From Dehalococcoidia bacterium (GTDB lineage: Bacteria > Chloroflexota > Dehalococcoidia > Bin125), in NCBI GenBank assembly GCA_963663895.2, contig CAXXRD010000002.1:160001-224000 (forward strand): DNA of 64,000 nt, in the 5' to 3' direction. Shown one piece after another: positions 9,614 through 19,678 of this stretch; within the stretch, counting starts at the first letter, position 1, and each line of letters starts with the position of its first letter. The notes below the pieces were generated by a model. That model searched no databases. It saw only the letters and a program-made list of their open reading frames with translations, and was not told where the DNA came from. The position numbers were made by a program, and so were the translations under genes.

Positions 9614-10138
9614 ATGTTAATCGGTTCTGCGTCCGTAGCCTCCGTCGGCGGGGGAGTTAGCCATCACATCCCAAGCCACAAACCCTTTACGTTCTGGCAG
9701 CAAGATCTAAAGTACCGAACCGGCCAAGGCCCTTGCTTTCGGGATATTACCGAAGATGTCAGAGAGGCGGTCCGGGATTCTGGTCTCTGGTGGGGCCAGG
9801 TCACCATCTTCTCGAACCACACCACAGCAGCGATCCGTCTGCAGGAGCATGAGCCGCTGCTCATTGAAGACATGTGCGCGATGCTGGAGCGCCTGGCGCC
9901 GCCGGGAGCCGACTACCGCCACAACGACTTCAGCGTGCGAACCGTCAACATGCATCCCGACGAGTCGCCCAACGGGCACAGCCACTGTCAGCATCTGATG
10001 CTGAGCACGAGCGAGACGGTGCCGCTGGTGAACGGAGCGCTGCAGCTCGGGGAGTGGCAGAGCATTTTCCTGATCGAGCTCGACCATCCACGCGATCGCC
10101 GGGTGACGGTGAATATCCTTGGCATCCCCGACGACTAG
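9614..10138 (+). CDS. yjbQ: YjbQ/UPF0047 family protein
   Basis: HTTAAI, YRHND, NGHSHC, LGEWQSIFLIELDHPRDR. Confidence 0.88.
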   Translation: MLIGSASVASVGGGVSHHIPSHKPFTFWQQDLKYRTGQGPCFRDITEDVREAVRDSGLWWGQVTIFSNHTTAAIRLQEHEPLLIEDMCAMLERLAPPGADYRHNDFSVRTVNMHPDESPNGHSHCQHLMLSTSETVPLVNGALQLGEWQSIFLIELDHPRDRRVTVNILGIPDD

Positions 10139-10235
10139 CCAGGGATGATGCGACCGTGCAGGCGAGCCGCTTCGCACGAGGCGGCTTTCTTGTATCCGAG
10201 CTTTTCCACGCCCGAACTCCGGGCTCGGAGGCGCA

Positions 10236-10946
10236 CTGACTAAGCCGACGGCCGACGGGACAGAGCCCTGGCTCATCTTCCACCGGGCGCACGAGCCGCG
10301 GCGACGGCTTTCGGCGGCCTTGCAATGCCGGACGGCGGACTATTTCGAAGTAGACCTGCAGCGGGGCAGACGGCCGGAACTCCGGCATGACGCCCTCGTC
10401 TTAGGCCTCTCGCTCCTGACCGAGCGGCACAAGCTGCCGCGGCTGCGCCTTCGCCGACTCTGGCTAGAGCAGCTCGCCGATGATTACCGCCTGCCCGGTC
10501 CCATCTTCCTCGACATCAAAGAGCCCGATCCGTCGTTCGTCGAGGAGGTGGTCGCGGAGATGCGGCGGCTCGAGCTGGCGGCAGGGGCGATCGCCGCCTG
10601 TGAGCACTGGGCAGTGCTCGATCGGCTGGCCGAAGTGGGACCGGAGATTCGGAGGTTCTACGGGATTCCGCGGCGGCGGAGCGGCAGGGCGCGACTGACG
10701 GCCTACCTGGAGCGGGCCGTCAGGGGACAAGGAGGCGCGGGTGCGTCCCTGCCCCGTCGCTTCGCGAACGCTGCCTCACTCGACTCCATTCGCCAGGCAG
10801 GACTACGCCCACTCATCTGGCACGTCGACGACTACGCCGACGGTCTCCGCCTCATGGAAGCGGGTCCCGTGGGGCTGATCACTCACAAGCCGCCTCTGAT
10901 CGATGCTTGGCGACGCTGGCTGGACGCCCAGCCTGCCACCGGCTGA
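10236..10946 (+). CDS. Glycerophosphodiester phosphodiesterase-like TIM-barrel protein
   Basis: LIFHRAH, FEVDL, FLDIKE, IWHVDD, GLITHKP; probable CTG start after GGAGG. Confidence 0.6.
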   Translation: MTKPTADGTEPWLIFHRAHEPRRRLSAALQCRTADYFEVDLQRGRRPELRHDALVLGLSLLTERHKLPRLRLRRLWLEQLADDYRLPGPIFLDIKEPDPSFVEEVVAEMRRLELAAGAIAACEHWAVLDRLAEVGPEIRRFYGIPRRRSGRARLTAYLERAVRGQGGAGASLPRRFANAASLDSIRQAGLRPLIWHVDDYADGLRLMEAGPVGLITHKPPLIDAWRRWLDAQPATG

Positions 10947-11268
10947 ATTCCACCCGGTACGACTGCGCTACCGCTTCGCGCGCGCGGGCGCTGAAGCGTT
11001 GGTAGCTGCGGATGATGTCGGCGCCCTCGGGAGTAAGCCGGGAGCCGCCGCCGTTGGCGCCGCCGCTGACGCTCGCGACGAGTTGCAGGCCAAGACGCTT
11101 TTCAATATCGCGGATCTTGCCCCAGGCCCGGCGGTAGCTCAGGCCCATCTGCTTTGCGGCGGCCGCCAGTGATCCCGTCTCATCGACGCATTGAAGGAGC
11201 TGCAGGCGATAGTCACTCATGGCGACCTTGCCATCCTCTTCCAACCAGAGCTTGCAGTGCGGTTCCAT
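10879..11268 (-). CDS. modE: ModE-family regulator (DNA-binding domain only)
   Basis: ETGSLAAAAKQMGLSYRRAW...GGANGGGSRLT; no TOBE domain. Confidence 0.85.
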   Translation of the reverse strand: MEPHCKLWLEEDGKVAMSDYRLQLLQCVDETGSLAAAAKQMGLSYRRAWGKIRDIEKRLGLQLVASVSGGANGGGSRLTPEGADIIRSYQRFSARAREAVAQSYRVEFSRWQAGRPASVAKHRSEAACE

Positions 11269-11359
11269 CGCTCTCCCCACAGCTTTGCCCCACAGTCTTT
11301 CCGTGCCGCGCGGGAGGCGATCGTAGCAGCGAGCCCGCCGAGCGCGTCCGTATAATCAA

Positions 11360-12517
11360 GTGGTGGTAACCGTCGCATCCGAGCGCCCTTCCCCCGACCG
11401 ATTCCGGCTCCCCGCGGCCGCGGCGACCCCGTTGGCGCAAGCGATCGCGAAGCGGATTCGCGACGAAGGTCCCCTGACCTTCGCGGCCTTCATGGAGGCC
11501 GCGCTCTACGACGAACCTTTGGGCTACTACCGGCGCGATGCGCCCACCGTGGGACGTGACGGCGACTACCTGACGAGCGCCGAGGTGCACCCGCTCTTCT
11601 CCTACGCGGTGGCGGCGCTCGCAGTGCGGCTGTGGGAGATGTCCGGCAGCGAAGATTCATTCGTGCTGCGCGAGGTGGGCCCGGGAACGGGATCCTTGGT
11701 GGAGGGCATCGCGGCATGGGCAGCGGCGCGGCGCCCCGACTTCGCAGCAGCGCTTCGCTTCGAACTCGTGGAGCCGTCGCCAACGACGGCAAAGCGGCAG
11801 CGGCGGCGGCTGGCGCCCTTGGGAGAGCGCGTGTCGTGGCTGGACGACCTCCGCACTCCGCTGGAAGGATTGCTCTTCGCCAACGAGCTGCTGGACGCCC
11901 AACCGGTCCACCGGCTGCGTTGGCGGCAGGAGCGGTGGGAGGAACTCTACGTCAGCTTGGATGAGAGCGGCGGCTTTGCCGACCACGGGGGAGCCCCGAG
12001 TTGCGAGTCGCTGCTGGCACCCCTCGCGACGGTCGCGCCGCGCGAGGGACAGGTCGTGGAGGTATCCCCCGCCGTGTCACAGCTCGTCGCTACGCTTGCG
12101 GATTCGCTCGATCGGGGACTCCTGCTGCTGCTCGATTACGGCTACGAACGCGAGCGACTCTACGCTCCCTGGCGCCGTGAAGGAACCTTGCTCACCTACT
12201 ACCGGCACACACCAGGGAGCGACCCGTACGTGCGGATCGGCGAACAGGATATGAGCTGCCATATCGACATCGACGCCGTGGCGGCGGCCGCGCGCGCGCG
12301 CAGCCTGAGGCTACTTCCCGTCCGCACGCAGGCGCAGTTCCTCAGCGAATTGGGCGCGACCGGGTCACCGGACCTGCGTACTCGCGAGGCGGCGCTCGAG
12401 GCAGAGTTGAGTCGACGGCGCGCGGTCGAGGTCCTGACGGACCCCGAGGGGCTGGGACGGATCCGGGTGATGGCGTTTAGCCGAGGCCTCGAGAGGGTGC
12501 CGGAGGGGTTGCAGTGA
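11360..12517 (+). CDS. SAM-dependent methyltransferase, MidA/NDUFAF7 family
   Basis: FMEAALY..GYY, GDYLTS, EVGPGTG, ANELLDA, DYG, GEQDMSCHID; TATAAT at 11351. Confidence 0.88.
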   Translation: MVVTVASERPSPDRFRLPAAAATPLAQAIAKRIRDEGPLTFAAFMEAALYDEPLGYYRRDAPTVGRDGDYLTSAEVHPLFSYAVAALAVRLWEMSGSEDSFVLREVGPGTGSLVEGIAAWAAARRPDFAAALRFELVEPSPTTAKRQRRRLAPLGERVSWLDDLRTPLEGLLFANELLDAQPVHRLRWRQERWEELYVSLDESGGFADHGGAPSCESLLAPLATVAPREGQVVEVSPAVSQLVATLADSLDRGLLLLLDYGYERERLYAPWRREGTLLTYYRHTPGSDPYVRIGEQDMSCHIDIDAVAAAARARSLRLLPVRTQAQFLSELGATGSPDLRTREAALEAELSRRRAVEVLTDPEGLGRIRVMAFSRGLERVPEGLQ

Positions 12518-12984
12518 TGGTTCGTGAACCACTACAGGCCGGCGCGCGCCTGCCGGAGGTCATGCTAGAAGGACCGGAGGGCCGTCTCGCGCTTGCAGAG
12601 ATCCGCAACGGCCACGCCTTGGTCGTCGCCTTTTATGTCGAGGATAAGACGCCGACCTGCACCGCTCAGCTCAGCGCCTTGGACGCCGACCTCAAGCTCA
12701 TTGAGCAATGCGGCGCCCGACTCGTCGCCGTCAGCAGCGACAGCATGGAGAGCCACGCCTCATTCCGCAAAGAGAAGCGCTTCGCGTTTCCACTGCTGAC
12801 GGACTCGAGCCTGGAAGCGGCGCGCGCGTTCGGCGTCGCCGACGAAACCACGGGGCGCTGCACACGGGCCGTGTTCGTGAGCGATCGGGCTGGGCGGATC
12901 GTGGAAGCGATCCCGCACTACAACCCCGCCAATCTCAGCCAGTACGCGGCCGTCTTCGCGGCCCTGGGCCTGGGCCCGTCGTGA
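12514..12984 (+). CDS. Peroxiredoxin, BCP/AhpC-TSA-like
   Basis: FYVEDKTPTCT, VSSDS, FPLLTD, RAVFV. Confidence 0.85.
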   Translation: MMVREPLQAGARLPEVMLEGPEGRLALAEIRNGHALVVAFYVEDKTPTCTAQLSALDADLKLIEQCGARLVAVSSDSMESHASFRKEKRFAFPLLTDSSLEAARAFGVADETTGRCTRAVFVSDRAGRIVEAIPHYNPANLSQYAAVFAALGLGPS

Positions 12985-14258
12985 ACGCGCCAAGGACAGC
13001 CGCGACCGCAGCGGCCGCGTTCGATCATCTCCGCGCGAACGGGAACGGCGTGACCGCGCTGCAGATCGAGTTGAGTGAGATCGCAGCGCCCACGGGAGCG
13101 GAGAGCGGGCGCGGCAAAGCGGTAGGCCGCTGGCTACGCGGCGCAGGCTGTGCCGTCGCCACGGACGCCGTTGGCAATGTGATCGCCAGACGGCCCGGCC
13201 GCGGTGCCATGCCCGGGCGCGTGGTGCTGTCCGCGCACTTGGACACGGTTTTCGACGCCGACCAACCGCTGCGAGTCGTACGGGCAGGCGAGCGATCCTC
13301 GTACCGCAACCGCGCAGTCGTACCCGAGGGGGAATGGCACGGGCCGGGCATCGCCGATGACGCCGCCGGCTTAGCAGCGGTGATCGCGGTGGCGCAGGCG
13401 CTGGCGGTGGGCGGGGTCCAGACCGATCAAGAGATCGCGTTCGTCGCGACAGTGGGCGAAGAAGGGCGCGGCAACCTGCGGGGGGCACGGCACTTCTTCC
13501 GCCAAAGGGACGCCAAAGCCGTGAGCGCCTTCATCACCATCGACCATCCCCACCCCAACGAGATCGTGCATCGAGGAGTGGGGAGTCGCCGCTTCGCGGT
13601 GGAATTCAGCGGGCCGGGGGGACACGCGTGGGGGGACTTCGGCCGCTACAATCCGGCGCACGCGCTGGCCGCCGCCGCTGATCGAATCGCCATGCTGCCG
13701 TTGCCGAGCGATTCCAAGGCCACCGTGAACATCGGCCGGATCGAGGCAGGGCGGGCGGTCAATGCGATTCCGGAGTCGGCACGCATGGAGGTCGACCTGC
13801 GCAGCGAATCGGCGGCAGCGTTGAATGCACTCGAGAGGGGTCTGCGCACCGCAGTCACGCAGGCGCACGCGAAGGAAACCGCACACGCTCTTACCGGTGA
13901 AGGAATCAAGGGCGCGATTGCAATCGAAGGACTGGGCCGGCGGCCGGCGGGAATGACGCCGCCAGAGACACCGTTGGTGCAGACGGCGCTGCAAGCGCTG
14001 GCGGCGGAGGGGTTCGAGCCGAAGCTGGCGGCGTCATCGACCGACGCGAACGCCGCGATGGCGGCGGGGGTGCCCGCGATCGCGCTGGGCTGGGGCGGCC
14101 GCTGCGGCGACCTCCACAGCACGCGCGAATACTTCGCGCCTGCCGGGCGGGAGCGCTCGTTGGCGGCGATCCTGCGCGTGTTGCTCAATCTGGCCAGCGC
14201 AAGCGCGGCCCACGAAGAGGGGCGTAGGGAGTCCGTAGACTGCAATCATGAGCCCTGA
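12981..14258 (+). CDS. M20/M25/M40 family metallo-hydrolase
   Basis: SAHLDTV, GPGIADD, GEEG, GPGGHAW, NAIP, STDAN; GTGA overlap with the upstream gene. Confidence 0.85.
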   Translation: MNAPRTAATAAAAFDHLRANGNGVTALQIELSEIAAPTGAESGRGKAVGRWLRGAGCAVATDAVGNVIARRPGRGAMPGRVVLSAHLDTVFDADQPLRVVRAGERSSYRNRAVVPEGEWHGPGIADDAAGLAAVIAVAQALAVGGVQTDQEIAFVATVGEEGRGNLRGARHFFRQRDAKAVSAFITIDHPHPNEIVHRGVGSRRFAVEFSGPGGHAWGDFGRYNPAHALAAAADRIAMLPLPSDSKATVNIGRIEAGRAVNAIPESARMEVDLRSESAAALNALERGLRTAVTQAHAKETAHALTGEGIKGAIAIEGLGRRPAGMTPPETPLVQTALQALAAEGFEPKLAASSTDANAAMAAGVPAIALGWGGRCGDLHSTREYFAPAGRERSLAAILRVLLNLASASAAHEEGRRESVDCNHEP

Positions 14259-14646
14259 GAGCGAATCCTACAACGCAACGGTGCTCGACCATTTTCGCAA
14301 TCCCCGCAACGCGGGAGAGCTTCCCAACGCCAACGCCGTCGGCGAGGAGCGCAACCCCGTGTGCGGCGACCACATGCGGCTGATGCTGCGAATAGAGGAT
14401 GGCCTGATCACCGCTGCGCGCTTCCTGACGAAAGGGTGCGGCGCCGCGATCGCAACAAGCTCGGTCGCGACGGAGATGCTGCAGGGCCGGCGTGTGAGTG
14501 AGGTACGTACCCTCCAACGGGAGGACTTCGTGGAAGCAGTGGGAGGATTGCCGCCGAGCAAGGTGCACTGCTCCGTCCTCGCGGCGGGCGCGCTCCGGAA
14601 GGCGCTGCGCTCGTACGAATCGCAGAGCAGAACGGACTCGGACTAG
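14248..14646 (+). CDS. iscU: Fe-S cluster scaffold, IscU/NifU N-terminal type
   Basis: DHFRNPRNAG, NPVCGD, GCGAAIA, LPPSKVHCS. Confidence 0.9.
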   Translation: MSPESESYNATVLDHFRNPRNAGELPNANAVGEERNPVCGDHMRLMLRIEDGLITAARFLTKGCGAAIATSSVATEMLQGRRVSEVRTLQREDFVEAVGGLPPSKVHCSVLAAGALRKALRSYESQSRTDSD

Positions 14647-15500
14647 TGCACAAGCTGACACCGACGAGGGCGGAAGAAGCCGTTCAGATCCTAGCCAAGA
14701 ACCGGAACGCATGGGTGGTCAGTGGCGGGACGACCGTGATGTCCAACCTCTTGCTCAACGTGTTGCGCACGCCGAAGGTCCTGGTGTCGATCGAAAGGAT
14801 CGAGGAGGCGCAGCACCTCGATCCGGAAAGCGGCTGGATCGGAGCAGCCGTCAAACTCACGCTGCTCCACGATGAGCCCGGGTGGCCGGGGCTGATGCGC
14901 ACGGCGATCGAGCACCATCGGCCGCGGGCACAGACGCCTACTCTGAGCCGCGTCACCTTGGGTGGTCGTCTCCTCGCCGATGGCGGATCGAGCGCGCTGG
15001 CGACGGCAATGATGACATTGGGAGCGGAAGCAGAGTTGGTCTCACCCGAGGGGCGGCGTCGCGTACCGGTGGAATCCATCTTGGCGAACCCCACCCGCAA
15101 CAACCTGCGCCCCTACGAAATCCTTTTAGGCGTCCGGCTTTCGCCGCTGCGGGAAGAAGGCGGCTATCGCGTGGGAGAGGCGTATGCCGAGGAGCTGAGC
15201 GACGGTGGACAGTTGAAGGAGGCCGTGGCAGTCATGCTGACTCGCAGCGGAGACCAGATCAGCGCCGCGCGGGTTGCCCTTGGGGGACTCGATCCGCTGG
15301 TAGGGCGAGCGAGGCTGGTGGAAACCGCGCTCGTGGGGCGAGAGGGCAGCGAGGATCTCTTCTCGATCGCCGGACAGACGGCGCGGGAAGAGGTCAATCC
15401 GCCGGACAAGGAAGAGCGGCCGCGCGATCAGAGACTCGCGATCTTCGAACGGATCACGCGGGAGGCGACGACGGCGGCATTCGCCGCCGCGGGCGCGTGA
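14646..15500 (+). CDS. CoxM/xanthine dehydrogenase FAD-binding subunit-like protein (divergent)
   Basis: SGGTTVM, IGAAVKL, TLGGR, GRRRVPV, ARVALGG. Confidence 0.72.
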   Translation: MHKLTPTRAEEAVQILAKNRNAWVVSGGTTVMSNLLLNVLRTPKVLVSIERIEEAQHLDPESGWIGAAVKLTLLHDEPGWPGLMRTAIEHHRPRAQTPTLSRVTLGGRLLADGGSSALATAMMTLGAEAELVSPEGRRRVPVESILANPTRNNLRPYEILLGVRLSPLREEGGYRVGEAYAEELSDGGQLKEAVAVMLTRSGDQISAARVALGGLDPLVGRARLVETALVGREGSEDLFSIAGQTAREEVNPPDKEERPRDQRLAIFERITREATTAAFAAAGA

Positions 15501-16099
15501 GTGCCGCCGCCCTCCTCCTGTCCGCGGGCGCGTCCACGCGGATGGGCAGCGCCAAAGCGCTGCTTGACTGGGGCGGCCGGCCGCTCCTTCAGCATCAGAT
15601 CGACACGTTGATCGAAGCCGGCTGTGATCCGGTGATCGTCGTCCTGGGCCATCAAGCCGACGCGATTCGCTCGCGCATCGCTTGCCGCGCACCTTGCCGC
15701 ATGGTGGTCAATGAGCGGTACGTGGAGGGACGCGCGTCGTCCGTGCGGGTGGGGGCGGCCATCCTGCCGGAGGGACGAGACGCGATCGTGACGGCCAACG
15801 TCGACGGACCCTGCAGCGTCACAACGGTCCGCCGCTTAGTCGAAGAGATCACGAGAGGACGCGCATCGATCGCCGTCCCTCGTTATGACAATAAGAACGG
15901 TCATCCCGTAGCGTTCGCGGGCAGATTGCTTCCGGAGCTACGGAAAGTCGACGAAAGTGAACAAGGCCTCAAAGCAGTGCGCGCGCGCCACCGGCAGACT
16001 ACGCGATTCGTCGCGACCAACGATCCGCTCGTGGGGCTCGATCTCGACTCACCAAGCGACTACCAGCGGGCGCTGGGCCTGCTGGAGACGCAACAATAG
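15497..16099 (+). CDS. MocA-like molybdenum cofactor nucleotidyltransferase
   Basis: LLSAGASTRMGSAKALL, GHPV, DLDSPSDY. Confidence 0.85.
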   Translation: MSAAALLLSAGASTRMGSAKALLDWGGRPLLQHQIDTLIEAGCDPVIVVLGHQADAIRSRIACRAPCRMVVNERYVEGRASSVRVGAAILPEGRDAIVTANVDGPCSVTTVRRLVEEITRGRASIAVPRYDNKNGHPVAFAGRLLPELRKVDESEQGLKAVRARHRQTTRFVATNDPLVGLDLDSPSDYQRALGLLETQQ

Positions 16100-16174
16100 C
16101 GGCAAACGGGCTTGTGGTATCCCGTGTTATATTGCCGGCGATTTCCGCGCGGCTGATCCAGATTGTGTAGGCAC

Positions 16175-17182
16175 ATGGCTGTTCCCCTGCGTGAGGCGAT
16201 CTCGGTCGGAAAGTACGTCGCCAAGCAGCGCCTGAAAGGCGTCGAGCGCTATCCCCTGGTGCTGATGCTGGAGCCGTTGTACGCCTGCAACCTGGAGTGC
16301 GCCGGTTGCGGCAAGATCCAGCATCCCATCGACATCCTGCGGACACGGCTCAGCCCGGAAGAGTGCTGGGCGGCGGCCGACGAGTGCGGCGCGCCGATCG
16401 TCTCGATCCCCGGCGGGGAGCCGCTCATCCACCCGGAGATCGGTCGGATCGTGGCCGGGCTGATCGAGCGAAAGAAATTCGTGTATCTCTGCACGAACGC
16501 GATCCTGTTGGAGAAAAAGCTCGACCAATTCGAGCCAAATCCCTACCTCACGTTCTCCGTTCACGTCGACGGGTTGCGCAAGGAGCATGACGCATCGGTC
16601 TGTCGCGACGGAGTGTTCGACGTGGCGATCGCCGCGATCAAGGCCGCCAAAGAGCGCGGCTTCCGCGTCACGACCAACAGCACGATCTTCCTGGGCGCCG
16701 ACCCCAAGCGGGTGCGTGAGATGTTCGACCACCTCACGGAGTTGGGCGTCGACGGCATGATGGTCTCGCCGGGCTACGCCTACGAGAAAGCCCCGGACCA
16801 AGAGCACTTCCTCACGCGCAATCAGACGCGGGAGCTGTTTCGGGAGATCCTGCGCGAGCCGCCGTCGCAGTGGACGTTCAATCAGAGCCAGCTCTTTCTC
16901 GATTTCCTCAAGGGTGAGATCGAGTATGACTGCACGCCCTGGGGGAATCCGACACGTTCCGTGTTGGGCTGGCAGCGGCCTTGCTACCTGATGGACGAGG
17001 GCTACGTTGACACGTTCGACGAACTGATCAACGAGACGGACTGGAGCCAGTACGGCCACGCGAGCGGCAACCCCAAGTGTCAGAATTGCATGGTGCACTC
17101 CGGGTTCGAGGCAACCGCGGTGATCGATGCGAGCACCAACCCCCTGCGGGGGTTGCGCGCCCTCAAGAGCGCACTGATCTAG
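16175..17182 (+). CDS. hpnH: Adenosyl-hopene transferase (radical SAM)
   Basis: [60 protein letters not shown]. Confidence 0.95.
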   Translation: MAVPLREAISVGKYVAKQRLKGVERYPLVLMLEPLYACNLECAGCGKIQHPIDILRTRLSPEECWAAADECGAPIVSIPGGEPLIHPEIGRIVAGLIERKKFVYLCTNAILLEKKLDQFEPNPYLTFSVHVDGLRKEHDASVCRDGVFDVAIAAIKAAKERGFRVTTNSTIFLGADPKRVREMFDHLTELGVDGMMVSPGYAYEKAPDQEHFLTRNQTRELFREILREPPSQWTFNQSQLFLDFLKGEIEYDCTPWGNPTRSVLGWQRPCYLMDEGYVDTFDELINETDWSQYGHASGNPKCQNCMVHSGFEATAVIDASTNPLRGLRALKSALI

Positions 17183-17284
17183 ACCCCGGGCCGTAGCGCG
17201 CCGGAAAGGCTCGACTGGCGCGGCGAGCTTTTCCGTTCCGGAGGCCCGCACGTGGGAGGCTGCGCCAAGATCTGCGAGCGGTCC

Positions 17285-18049
17285 GTGCTCACGATTCTGA
17301 CGGCGTTGCCCTGGGAAGCAGGCGCGTTCTCGCGACGATTGCGCCATCCGCGTCGGGTGGAGCTCGGAGACGGGTGGGCGACGTGGGGCGAGTGCACGGG
17401 GGCCTGGGTGCGGGTCGTGGTGTCGGGGCCTGGGACGGAGCGGGCGGCGGCAGCGGGCGCGGCGCTGGCGTCCCTCGATCCGCCAGCGAGCAGGTTGCTG
17501 GCCGTTGGCGTAGCCGGGGGCATGCGCGCCGGCTTGGCACCGGGCACGGTCGTTCTCGCCGAAGCGTTTCAGCGTCAAGGACGAGGCGGGCAACAGGTGG
17601 GGGAGAGACTCCAGCCGGACAAGGATCTAACGGCACTTGGCGTGGATGTGCTCGAGCGCGCTCGCGTATCGTGGACGCGAGGCGAGAACCTGACCGTCGC
17701 CGCGCCCTTGCTGGGGGCCGAGGAGAAACGCGACCGGGGCAGCCGGTCGCAGGCGAGCGTGGTGCAGATGGAGGATTACCTGTGGGCGGAAGCCGCCGAC
17801 GAGCTCGGCCTCCCGTTCGCATCGCTGCGGGCGGTGCTCGACCCCGTGGAAGCAGACCTCCCGTCCGCCGTGGAGAGCTGGGACTGGCGCGGCCCCTCGG
17901 TGAGCGAAGTCGCGCGCAGCCTGCTGCGCCAGCCTAGTCTCGCTCCGGCGCTGCCGCGACTCGCATGGCGCCGGCGCACGGCGCAGCGCGCGATCGACGC
18001 CGTGCTTGAAGCGCTGGTCGAGGCTCCGCGCCAAGGCGCCCGCGCATGA
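17285..18049 (+). CDS. hpnG: HpnG-like nucleoside phosphorylase family protein
   Basis: SGPG, GVAGG, VQME, LRAVLDP; directly after hpnH. Confidence 0.7.
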   Translation: MLTILTALPWEAGAFSRRLRHPRRVELGDGWATWGECTGAWVRVVVSGPGTERAAAAGAALASLDPPASRLLAVGVAGGMRAGLAPGTVVLAEAFQRQGRGGQQVGERLQPDKDLTALGVDVLERARVSWTRGENLTVAAPLLGAEEKRDRGSRSQASVVQMEDYLWAEAADELGLPFASLRAVLDPVEADLPSAVESWDWRGPSVSEVARSLLRQPSLAPALPRLAWRRRTAQRAIDAVLEALVEAPRQGARA

Positions 18050-19047
18050 CCCGCGCGCTCGTAACGGGAGGCAGTGGGTTCATCGGCGCACACGTGGTGC
18101 GAGCGCTGATCAAAGAAGGCGTCGCGGTCCGTGCGCTGGTGCGCGGAGACGGCACACCGACGAACCTGCAGGGCTTGGCGGTGGAGCGGGCGAAGGGCGA
18201 CCTCACCGACGTTGGCTCACTAGAGCGAGCCATGACCGATATCGATGTCTTGTTCCACGTCGCGGCTCTCTACGAACTCGCGGGCGACGGCGCGCGGATA
18301 CGCGCCGTGAACGTGGAGGGGACGCGCGCACTGATGCAGGCGGCACTGCGGTCCGGCATCGAACGGGTGGTGCACACCTCGTCGGTAGCGGCGATCGGGT
18401 ACGCAGCCAGCGACGGCGCGCCCGCGAGGGAGGAGCAGTGGGCGAACGAGCACGAGCTGGCCGGACCTTACGAAGCAAGCAAGTATCACAGCGAGCGGCT
18501 GGTCCACGCCCTGATCGCCGAGGAGGGGCTGCCGGCCGTGGTCGTGAACCCAACGGCGCCGATCGGAACGCTGGACGTGAAGCCGACTCCAACGGGCCGT
18601 CTCATCCGCGACGCGGCCAACGGCGACCTACCGGGCTACCTGCGCGGCGCCGGGCTCAACATCGTGCCCGTAGGGGACGTGGCGGCGGGGCACGTGCTGG
18701 CCTGGCAGCGGGGGCGCGTGGGGGAGCGCTACATCCTGGGACACGCGCAAGGCAATTTGACGTTGCGAGAGGTGATGGCGCGCGCTGCGGCGCTCACCGG
18801 CCGGGGCGCGCCGCGACTGCCGCTGCCGTGGCCGGTGGCGATGGCCTACGCGCAAGTCGACGAGCGCTGGAGCCGCCGACGGGCGCGCGTGCCCCGAGCG
18901 TCGATTGCGGGAGTGCGGCTGGCTCGGCATCGGATGTGGTTCGATCCGTCCAAGGCCATCACGGAACTCGGACTGCCACAGACATCCCTAAGCCAAGCCT
19001 TCGCCGACGCCGTGTCATACTTCCGCGCAGACGCGCGGATCCGCTAG
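18046..19047 (+). CDS. hpnA: HpnA-like NAD-dependent epimerase/dehydratase
   Basis: TGGSGFIG, FHVAALY, YEASK, VNPTAPIG..DVKPTPTG, GERYILG. Confidence 0.85.
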   Translation: MTRALVTGGSGFIGAHVVRALIKEGVAVRALVRGDGTPTNLQGLAVERAKGDLTDVGSLERAMTDIDVLFHVAALYELAGDGARIRAVNVEGTRALMQAALRSGIERVVHTSSVAAIGYAASDGAPAREEQWANEHELAGPYEASKYHSERLVHALIAEEGLPAVVVNPTAPIGTLDVKPTPTGRLIRDAANGDLPGYLRGAGLNIVPVGDVAAGHVLAWQRGRVGERYILGHAQGNLTLREVMARAAALTGRGAPRLPLPWPVAMAYAQVDERWSRRRARVPRASIAGVRLARHRMWFDPSKAITELGLPQTSLSQAFADAVSYFRADARIR

Positions 19048-19068
19048 GCGCAGATCCGCGTTCGTCGC

Positions 19069-19096
19069 TTGACGGGTTCCGGGTGATGGCGATAAT
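19069..19096 (+). promoter_or_regulatory. Sigma70-type promoter for the DUF35-thiolase pair
   Basis: TTGACG-N16-GATAAT. Confidence 0.5.
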
Positions 19097-19144
19097 GACG
19101 CTCAGGACCCAGACGCTATTAGGCCAGCTATCAGTAGGGAAACT

Positions 19145-19615
19145 ATGACCAGCGACACCGCGACCGAGGCGAAGCCGGGCCTGCGCCCGATCGTCGACTA
19201 CCTGATCATGCCGAACGAGAACAGTGTCGAAGGGGCGTACCTCCAAGGGTTGCAATGCAAAGCCTGTCCCACGGTTTTCCTCTATGCGCCGACGCGGCGT
19301 TACTGCGCCGTCTGCAACGGGAAAGATGAGGACCTGTTCAGCAAGGTCCGGCTCAACGACGAGGGCGAGGTCTGGGTGTTCACGGTCGTGCACCAATCCT
19401 GGCCGGGAATCCCCACGCCGTTCGTAGGCGGGATTATTGATGTGGGGGTTGAGGGAGACGCGGAGGCGAAGGTCGCCGTACGGGCTAATATCGTGGGCGT
19501 GGAGGCCGACCCGAAGAACCTACACATGGGAATGAAAGTCCGAGGCAAGGCAGCCGTGGCTCATAAGGACAAGGACGGCAACGATGTCGTCGTGTGGCAA
19601 TTTGAGCCTGCGTAG
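19145..19615 (+). CDS. DUF35 zinc-ribbon/OB-fold protein (thiolase partner)
   Basis: CKAC...YCAVC, GEVWVFTVVH, GMKV. Confidence 0.85.
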   Translation: MTSDTATEAKPGLRPIVDYLIMPNENSVEGAYLQGLQCKACPTVFLYAPTRRYCAVCNGKDEDLFSKVRLNDEGEVWVFTVVHQSWPGIPTPFVGGIIDVGVEGDAEAKVAVRANIVGVEADPKNLHMGMKVRGKAAVAHKDKDGNDVVVWQFEPA

Positions 19616-19678
19616 TACGGTGTAGAATCGAGCGGAAGGAGGCGGCGTCCGGAGCGTCGCTGTGAAGGAGTTCACTGC

